Of a stretch of DNA of 64,000 nucleotides, positions 57,280-64,000 are shown piece after piece. The translations under genes were made by a program, and so were the position numbers. The stretch lies in the IMG/VR virus record IMGVR_UViG_3300025133_000019. One strand, 5' to 3'. Position 1 is the stretch's first letter. Every line of letters starts with the position of its first letter. A model generated the notes under the pieces. It had not been told where the DNA came from, ran no database searches, and saw only the letters and a program-made list of their open reading frames with translations. This DNA comes from a virus (lineage: Duplodnaviria; Heunggongvirae; Uroviricota; Caudoviricetes).

Positions 57280-59928
57280 ATGATTGATTTAGCTGACTGT
57301 GTAGTCAAATTTGATTGTGACGACCCGTTTGAGGATTTTGCGAAGGACAAATTGTGGAAACCTTGGATGGACGATGTTACCTTTTACTGTCTTAATACCA
57401 TGGATGCTGTTAAGGAATACCTGGAAGCTGGTATTCAGAGCGTTGAATATATCGCTGCTGATACGGAGACCACTGGACTAAATGTAAAAAAGGCCAAGAT
57501 TGTAGGGTTCTCCTTCTCTTACAGGGAAAAAGAGTGTGCATATGTACCACTAAGACATACGACTGGGTTAAATGTAGATCATGACGAATTTTTAGAGTAT
57601 TTTAGATCTGTAGTTCCCCGGACCAAGTGGATTTGGTACAACTCAAAATATGATGCCGAGGTTCTTCATTTTAACGGCGTGTTCATGAAATCTGGGGAGC
57701 ATTTTAAAGATGCTATGCTAAACGTGTGTCTCCATGATTCCAATAGAGCCGAATTAAATGCTGGTTTAAAGGGCGCTTCCAAGAACTATTTGGGAAGATC
57801 CATGATAGCCTTTAAAGATGTTTGCCCTCATGCCAATAACGACAGTGAAGAAGCGGATTTATTTCCAACAGTAGATTTGAAATTGGCTACTTTGTATGCG
57901 GGTTCTGACGCTTTGAACACATTAGATCTGTATAACATGTTTCAGTATGTAGAGGATAGTCAGAAACTTATTTACGATATGGAAACTCAGCTAATAGATG
58001 TTGTCCGTGATATGGAGAGAAACGGGATCTGCATTGATGTCAAGTATTTCAAAGTTCTTGAGAAGAGAATTCAGGGATGTATAGATAGACTTTCTAAAGA
58101 CATTTTTGATCTTTGTGATAAGAAGGCTGGATCTTTTTGTTTGGATAGTCCCAAACAAGTCGGGAAAGTGTTTTTTGAAGAGATGAAAATACCTAATCCA
58201 TATCTAACAGAAAAGAGCGGTCAATACAAGACTTCTGGGGATGTTATGGAGGCGTTAGCAGACGAGACAGGGCATCCAGTTCTTTTGAAGTATAAGGAGT
58301 ACAAAAAGAAGCAAAAGCTCCTCAGTTCATATATTCTGCCTTTTGTTCAAGACGATAGCTTAAGCAAGGCTAACATTCCTTTTAAACAGTTTACTAAGGC
58401 TACCGGAAGATTTGCCGGAGGAGGGGGCGGAAAAGGATCTCATTACCTTCCCATTAACGTTCAAAGTATTCCTGCGGTTAATCCTGGAAAAATTAAGGAT
58501 GTCAAGATTATAGATACCACGAAACCGTTAGCCGAGGACCACTATTATTATGAGCACCTTTTTGAGTGGGACGACCAATTATTGTGTGACGGTAAATGCG
58601 AAGAATGTCCATTTAATGCTACTTGTGTCAGGGAAGAGAAAGAGGAGCTGTATTGTTCTCCAGGGTACAACATACGACGAGGGTTTATAAGTTCTGGACG
58701 AGATAAACAGATTTTTACAATTGACTTTAGTGGTGTGGAACTTAGGATGGTTGCCAACATTTCTGGGGAAGATAAGTGGATTCAAGAGTTTTTGCATGGC
58801 GAGGGCGATCTTCATAGTGTTACGGCTATGGATATTTTTGGTATTACAGACAGAAGGGGAGTAGAGAAAAAACAGAGGGGATTAGGGAAGACTGTTAACT
58901 TCGGTAGTTTGTACGGAGGTGGCCCTGGAACATTAGTTAGAACAGTCAATAAAGACAGCAAGAGGGAAGATCATATAACCAAAGCATTTGCGAAGGACGT
59001 TTTAGAGAATTTTTGGTCTGGAATTCCCACTATTGATAAGTGGAGGCACTCTGTATGGCAGAAAGCTAGAAATGAGGGTGCTGCTCACACTTATTTAGGT
59101 AGAAAAAGACCTATTCCAGAATCCCTAGAGAGGGCTGATAAGAACAGCTCAGAGGAGGAGAAGTCTAGAATTCAGTGGTTAAATGCTAAGGGAGATAGAA
59201 ATAGTGCTAACCACGTTGTTCAAGGTAGTTCTGCTGACCTTATGAAAATAGCTATGCTAAAGTGCTCCAGGAGAATTAAGAGTAACGGTTGGGAAGATAA
59301 AGTAAAAATACTTTTAACTGTTCATGACGAGTTAGTTTTTGAGAGCGATACCGATGTTATTTGGGAAGCAATGAGTCAAATGGCTGATTGTATGGAAGTT
59401 GCTTTCCCAAAATTCCCAGTTCCTTTTGTAGTTGATATTGAGTTTTCGGATAGAAAAGTATCCAACTGGGGAATGACCACGGAGTGTGGAGTTATAGACG
59501 GAAAGATCTATCCGACTAAATATATTAAGGCTGCTAAGGACGCTGGCGTAGAGATAATAGAGTATATGCTTAGCATAGGGCAGGAGTTTGGGGTTGACGA
59601 GGCACCAAAAGAAGTCCTAGAAGTGGTTGTCGAGGAGTCTGAAGTAGTTACGGATAGTGATGAATCTGCTGATCATATTATCTCAGACGCTTCTAATGTA
59701 AGCGTGGATTACGACCCAAAAAACTTTAATGACGAGATGACCGTAGATTTGAGCAGAGTACCCAGGACACGGATTACTCTAAATATCTTGCAAGAGATAG
59801 TAAGGGAGAGTAGAGGAAGCGATACTATCCTCTTGATTCTTCAGGATAAAGATAATGTTGCCCTAGAAAATATAAATGTGAACGATTTTTCTAGGAAGTG
59901 TGACATCTATCTAAGCGGTTTCTTCTAA
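57280..59928 (+). CDS. polA: DNA polymerase, family A, with 3'-5' exonuclease
   Basis: Exo DTETTG, NSKYD, YAGSDA; ATGRF; motif A DFSGVELR; motif B R...KTVNFGSLYG; QGSSAD; motif C VHDEL. Confidence 0.95.
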   Translation: MIDLADCVVKFDCDDPFEDFAKDKLWKPWMDDVTFYCLNTMDAVKEYLEAGIQSVEYIAADTETTGLNVKKAKIVGFSFSYREKECAYVPLRHTTGLNVDHDEFLEYFRSVVPRTKWIWYNSKYDAEVLHFNGVFMKSGEHFKDAMLNVCLHDSNRAELNAGLKGASKNYLGRSMIAFKDVCPHANNDSEEADLFPTVDLKLATLYAGSDALNTLDLYNMFQYVEDSQKLIYDMETQLIDVVRDMERNGICIDVKYFKVLEKRIQGCIDRLSKDIFDLCDKKAGSFCLDSPKQVGKVFFEEMKIPNPYLTEKSGQYKTSGDVMEALADETGHPVLLKYKEYKKKQKLLSSYILPFVQDDSLSKANIPFKQFTKATGRFAGGGGGKGSHYLPINVQSIPAVNPGKIKDVKIIDTTKPLAEDHYYYEHLFEWDDQLLCDGKCEECPFNATCVREEKEELYCSPGYNIRRGFISSGRDKQIFTIDFSGVELRMVANISGEDKWIQEFLHGEGDLHSVTAMDIFGITDRRGVEKKQRGLGKTVNFGSLYGGGPGTLVRTVNKDSKREDHITKAFAKDVLENFWSGIPTIDKWRHSVWQKARNEGAAHTYLGRKRPIPESLERADKNSSEEEKSRIQWLNAKGDRNSANHVVQGSSADLMKIAMLKCSRRIKSNGWEDKVKILLTVHDELVFESDTDVIWEAMSQMADCMEVAFPKFPVPFVVDIEFSDRKVSNWGMTTECGVIDGKIYPTKYIKAAKDAGVEIIEYMLSIGQEFGVDEAPKEVLEVVVEESEVVTDSDESADHIISDASNVSVDYDPKNFNDEMTVDLSRVPRTRITLNILQEIVRESRGSDTILLILQDKDNVALENINVNDFSRKCDIYLSGFF

Positions 59929-60029
59929 AATACTCTTTTTGTATTTCCTGATATCAGTAGAATAAGTTTATAATTACAGCCTCTTTTTGGCTACTCTTTA
60001 CTTAAATAACTTTATTAGGTGATATAGAT

Positions 60030-63000
60030 ATGCAATACACAAGTCTTAATAATATTATAAAACACAGTATCCTAGCTTCCATTAAATATGATTTACGTCA
60101 TGGGGATACTACCCTTTTCAACAGACTAGACGAAAGCTTAAAAATAGAATTAATAAGAAGTTTTCGCAGTCTTCCGTTTAAAAAATCCGTTGTCAAGGCG
60201 CACAATTTAAGCGTGTCTGAGGATCTTTTAGAGAGCACAGTAAAAATAAAAGACCATTTAGGTTTATCTCATCTTAAATTTAAAGCCTATTCCACAGAAG
60301 AGTACCAGGATCTAGAAGAATCGGTCAAGGAAGAGGTTGAACATCGCTTTCCTATTATGATGGAAAAATTAAGACAGAAGAAAGAGGATTTACAGGAGAA
60401 AGGGACTGATTTTCAGTTAGATAAAGTGGAAGAGGCTAAAAAGATCTTTAGGGAAGGGACTAAGCAAACCACTAACCTAGGGGATTTTGCGGACGGAAAA
60501 GAGATACACAGCCTTAAACTTGATCTGCTTAGTAGAGAGGATATGCCTGAAGAGGAGAGGCTCTCTATAGAGAAGAAAATAAAGGAGTTAATAAATAAGA
60601 GGCCAATTATCATAGGATGGCCAAAAAGAAATGACGACAGAATCTCAGCGCTTTTAAGAGAATTACAGAATTTAGAGAAGGAAATAGAGGAAATAGATCT
60701 AAGTGTAGAGAAAACTTCTCTAACTATAGACAGTCTTACAAAAGCTATTTGGAAGAAAAGAGAGAAGGAAGGTATAAGCGACTCAGATTTTGATGAGATG
60801 TTTAAAGACGCTCTAGGAGTGAAACCGGACTCCGCTTTAAAAAAGAAAGGAGCAGACGAAGAAGCTTTAGATGATCGGGATACTCCGAGTATTGAAGAAG
60901 AGGAAGAGGGAGATAAGTTTTCAGATACCGAGTATTTGTATGCTGATGATGAAGTAATACAGAAAAAATCTTACAAGATTTTAGCAGACCTTCTAGAATT
61001 AGACATGGAAGAGCTGATTATAGAAAGAAGCGATTCCCAGGATGAAGTTAGAAAACTATTAGAAATTAGACGGATAACCGAGGTGTCAATACAAGCCGGA
61101 GAAAAAGAGCTGGATCATATGTATTTAGAGAGGAATAGAGCTAGAAATGCTATTTTTAAATACTTCAAGTACCGATATGGTGATGATACGGACGCTAGAG
61201 TTGGTCTAGAACTCGAAAGCTTGGAGGATAGGGAGAGATGGCTTACTGAGCTTCATGATACAGGAAGACTCGCTAACCTTAATTTCAACAGTCTGTCTTC
61301 CCACGTTTTCAATTCTCCTTATAATTCTTTAGCGGAGGATTCTAAGTTTGTGTTTTCTCAAGTTATGGAGAACAACTTCTTCGGTCTTCCATTGTCTTCT
61401 AATGAGACTTACGAAATAGTGTTGTCTCATCCAGATTGGTCTGGGCTCACTTTAGGGACTTCTTTGGAAGGTCTCAAAGTTTTCAAAACTTACCAAGAGA
61501 TGACAGATATAATTAAATTGGGATACATGATAACCGTGTCTAGAGGGGGATATCTTCTTAACAGCTCTATCAGCAGTCTATTCAAAAAGCTTTTTGTAGA
61601 GAAGTATTCTGGTCGAGCCCTATCGTCTATCGTAGATACCGAGGACATAAAAGTTTTATTGGAAGACTTTGAGGAAGATTTTATAGAAACCTCTCAAGAT
61701 AGGGAGGAGTATGCTAAGTTCAAAGAGACTTCTGGGGACGATTCAAGAGAAGTGTGGGATATGTCCTTTGAGGATTTGGAAGATAAAAAATCTTCTGGAG
61801 AAATAGTTTCCAAATTAAAATCCTTTTTGATGAAAAATTTATATAACATGCTTTGGTATGATTTCATAAGAACTTTTAAGGAAGTTGACACTTCTCTTAA
61901 GAACGTTTTAAACATTAAGGATAGCTCCATAACAGAGGACCCTAATGAGCCTATGTTTGAAGGTTTTATTGAAGTTAAGCACGATTATTTTGATCAAAGA
62001 GGAATCAAAGTAACTCTTTCTCAGAAATTGGCTGCTATACTTAGAAATCTACAGGACGAAAATTTATCATTAGGTCAATTTAAAGAGGGACTGTTTTCCA
62101 AACCAGAATTTCAATCGGTAGTGGTAAAATACATATCTAAAATTGTGTTGGAATCTGAAGTTAAGGATTTAGATCCAAGTTACGTAGGAATGGATGGGAC
62201 TAGTTACAAAGATCTATCTGACGAAGCCAAGAACGACCTCAAGAATAAGGTGTCCATTAAATTTCTTAAAGCTCTTCAAGAGTCTAGGCTTAAAGTAGAG
62301 GGAGAGTATGATTTTGAGAAGTACGAGGGCGATGTTTATTACGACAAGTTCCCGGAGCACAGTTTAAGTAGGCCGAGAGAGGAGAGAAGGATATTAGACC
62401 CGGATCTAATGGTTAAACTTAATCTGACTATGTACGAGGTGAACTCTATGGATGAAAAGGGGCTTAGAGATCTTTTAATTGAAAGTGGAGAACTCCCTGT
62501 AGGAAGTACTAAAGATCCGTGGGAACATTTAGAAAAGATAGGTGCGGTTACTAAGAAGTATGAAAAAGAGGGGCTGGACTTTTCTGTAATAAAAGAATTA
62601 CCCGAGGGTAATATAGTAGATAAGTATTTGGATTCGTTGCTCGACACAACTAAACCTGCTAAAAATAGTTTAGCTAGATATGTTAGCGAAGAATCTAAGA
62701 GAACTAGGAATAGAATTTTTGGCTGGGATAACGCTATTAAGAAGAGGGAAACTTCTGTGGGAGATACTTATCTGGACGTGGAAAAGGGTCTGCATGAAAG
62801 TCTTAATCATTTAGGAGAGTCTTTCAGCTTAGATGAAGATTTACGATCTAAAGACGAGGATGACCATGAAACCAAGAAAGTTCTTAATACTTTGGATAGG
62901 GTTGTAGATTTGCATAAGTATGAGACTCCAGCTATGGACTCGTTAAGAGGTGCTGTTCACGAGCTTTTGGACAGTCCAGATGCCAAGCAGCTTCTTCTTA

Positions 63001-64000
63001 ATGTTAAGGGCTTCTCAGACTATGGCCCAAAGTCTCTACGAAATGTAGTCATAGAGCTTTATAATAATTTACCCCCTTCCAGAAGGTCGGTGTTACGACG
63101 TAATGAGGCATTAAAACTCTTTGTCGATAAGTTAAAAGATAAAAGCTATCAGGCCAGCTCGTCTAAAGAGTTGAGCCAGTGGTTAAATCACATAGATAAT
63201 CCTAGTAATATAGGTTCTCATAAAGAGATGTTCTTAAAGAAAAACGCTATAAATACCTTATTTTCAGATAACGTGATTGAAGAGGTGGAATCTTTAGTAA
63301 ATGAGGAAGTAGATAAAGGAATTAAAGAGGTTGTTAAAAGCGTTTCTACGATGGGAAAAGTTCCTGCTGGATACTTAAATTTGAGGAGAGCATATTTTAA
63401 GCAGGTAGGGTCAAGAAATATTGTCGATGCCTTACACAGGCTTAATTTAGACGTAATTATAGGTCCTGATAAGGTTAGAAAAATAGTTAGGGAGTATCTT
63501 GTTAGTCCGGCTGCTTTCAGTAAGCTTACTCCAGGAAAGTTTATTTTTGAATTTTTTGCTGCGCCTTACTTGAGAGAGTATATAAAAGGTAATAAGCCTG
63601 CTGACGCAGTCAAAAAACAGCTTCAAAAAGAGTTTGATAACGGAACACTTTTAGATACCCATGTCATTCTTTCCATGGAGATCCATAGGGATAAGTTGAT
63701 TAATAAGAAATTATCAGGGTTGACTGAGGAAGAGAAGGAAGCCAAGCTACCAGAAGTTGAGCAGGAAGTAGAGAATTACATGGTTGAAAGGGGAGATGAG
63801 ATAAAAGCAAAGCTCAGAGAGAAAGTAAGACTCAAGTTTGAGAAAAGGTTAAAAAAGGCTTTTGACCCAGAGAAATTCAAAAACTCAGTTCGTGGTATAT
63901 TCTCTAAGGCTATGTTTTTCAAGGCTATAGCACCGCTTTTCATGGTGTACTCTACCAAGCAAAAGTGGGTTATAGGGGAAAACGGGGAGATGACTAGGAA
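60030..64000 (+). CDS. Very large E/K/D-rich helical protein, 3'-truncated (>1320 aa), possibly an internal virion protein
   Basis: ATG at 60030 after SD aggtga (MQYTSLNNIIKHSILASIKY...). The same frame reads ...QKWVIGENGEMTR at the window end. The track lists no closed + ORF here, consistent with one open frame; I translated the two ends, not every codon. Confidence 0.85.
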   Translation, partial: MQYTSLNNIIKHSILASIKYDLRHGDTTLFNRLDESLKIELIRSFRSLPFKKSVVKAHNLSVSEDLLESTVKIKDHLGLSHLKFKAYSTEEYQDLEESVKEEVEHRFPIMMEKLRQKKEDLQEKGTDFQLDKVEEAKKIFREGTKQTTNLGDFADGKEIHSLKLDLLSREDMPEEERLSIEKKIKELINKRPIIIGWPKRNDDRISALLRELQNLEKEIEEIDLSVEKTSLTIDSLTKAIWKKREKEGISDSDFDEMFKDALGVKPDSALKKKGADEEALDDRDTPSIEEEEEGDKFSDTEYLYADDEVIQKKSYKILADLLELDMEELIIERSDSQDEVRKLLEIRRITEVSIQAGEKELDHMYLERNRARNAIFKYFKYRYGDDTDARVGLELESLEDRERWLTELHDTGRLANLNFNSLSSHVFNSPYNSLAEDSKFVFSQVMENNFFGLPLSSNETYEIVLSHPDWSGLTLGTSLEGLKVFKTYQEMTDIIKLGYMITVSRGGYLLNSSISSLFKKLFVEKYSGRALSSIVDTEDIKVLLEDFEEDFIETSQDREEYAKFKETSGDDSREVWDMSFEDLEDKKSSGEIVSKLKSFLMKNLYNMLWYDFIRTFKEVDTSLKNVLNIKDSSITEDPNEPMFEGFIEVKHDYFDQRGIKVTLSQKLAAILRNLQDENLSLGQFKEGLFSKPEFQSVVVKYISKIVLESEVKDLDPSYVGMDGTSYKDLSDEAKNDLKNKVSIKFLKALQESRLKVEGEYDFEKYEGDVYYDKFPEHSLSRPREERRILDPDLMVKLNLTMYEVNSMDEKGLRDLLIESGELPVGSTKDPWEHLEKIGAVTKKYEKEGLDFSVIKELPEGNIVDKYLDSLLDTTKPAKNSLARYVSEESKRTRNRIFGWDNAIKKRETSVGDTYLDVEKGLHESLNHLGESFSLDEDLRSKDEDDHETKKVLNTLDRVVDLHKYETPAMDSLRGAVHELLDSPDAKQLLLNVKGFSDYGPKSLRNVVIELYNNLPPSRRSVLRRNEALKLFVDKLKDKSYQASSSKELSQWLNHIDNPSNIGSHKEMFLKKNAINTLFSDNVIEEVESLVNEEVDKGIKEVVKSVSTMGKVPAGYLNLRRAYFKQVGSRNIVDALHRLNLDVIIGPDKVRKIVREYLVSPAAFSKLTPGKFIFEFFAAPYLREYIKGNKPADAVKKQLQKEFDNGTLLDTHVILSMEIHRDKLINKKLSGLTEEEKEAKLPEVEQEVENYMVERGDEIKAKLREKVRLKFEKRLKKAFDPEKFKNSVRGIFSKAMFFKAIAPLFMVYSTKQKWVIGENGEMTR

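Larger units (their letters stand above)
1..64000 (+). mobile_element. Segment of a large contractile-tailed bacteriophage genome (head-neck-tail-baseplate-fibre, glycan cluster, replication)
   Basis: Co-oriented, densely packed genes in phage morphogenesis order, with recognisable capsid, sheath, tube, baseplate J, S74 fibre, DnaB and PolA motifs; no cellular housekeeping context. Confidence 0.95.

Noticed and set aside
57280-59928. Intein or intron in the polymerase or helicases
   Set aside because: No C/S...HN splice junctions or LAGLIDADG/HNH motifs; the insertion is short and Cys-rich
366-63958. The many short minus-strand ORFs (60-157 aa) in the track
   Set aside because: All lie antisense to long, motif-bearing + strand genes and show no recognisable motifs; they are best explained as shadow ORFs
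1-64000. Stop-codon reassignment as seen in some large phages
   Set aside because: Long genes are intact in the standard code, and TAA, TAG (5606, 43558, 55201) and TGA (19477, 22105, 38085) all end genes at sensible boundaries
1-64000. CRISPR array, tRNA genes, diversity-generating retroelement or invertible fibre cassette
   Set aside because: Intergenic gaps are under about 130 bp with no repeat-spacer or cloverleaf pattern seen; no reverse transcriptase or recombinase gene and no duplicated fibre-tip DNA noticed by eye

Overview
This window is a segment of a large, AT-rich, contractile-tailed (myovirus-like, probably jumbo) phage genome. All credible genes are on the + strand and use the standard genetic code. 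Gene order: (1) head module with a scaffold-like acidic protein that starts before the window, a decoration protein and a short HK97-type major capsid protein; (2) accessory virion and Zn-ribbon genes; (3) neck proteins, a 1016-aa tail sheath, tail tube, two chaperones and tape measure; (4) baseplate (tube initiators, hub, spike, gp25-like, 1848-aa J-like wedge, Ig/FN3 wedge); (5) two tail fibres, one ending in a Kelch propeller and one in an S74 chaperone; (6) a tightly overlapping seven-gene glycan-type cluster (two GT29 sialyltransferase-like genes, a GT-B enzyme, an asparagine-synthetase-like amidotransferase, two radical SAM/SPASM enzymes and a CDI/GT8-like GT-A enzyme); (7) replication genes (SNF2 helicase, degenerate loader, DnaB, stand-alone CHC2 Zn finger, family A polymerase); (8) a >1320-aa ORF missing from the supplied track that runs off the end. 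The best candidate for an undescribed system is the fibre-coupled glycan synthesis/tailoring operon, possibly for virion glycosylation. Other notable features are a virion-wide repeated beta module that is nested inside itself in the baseplate protein, candidate leaderless promoters and a recurring intergenic motif. All family calls come from motif recognition by eye; no searches were run.
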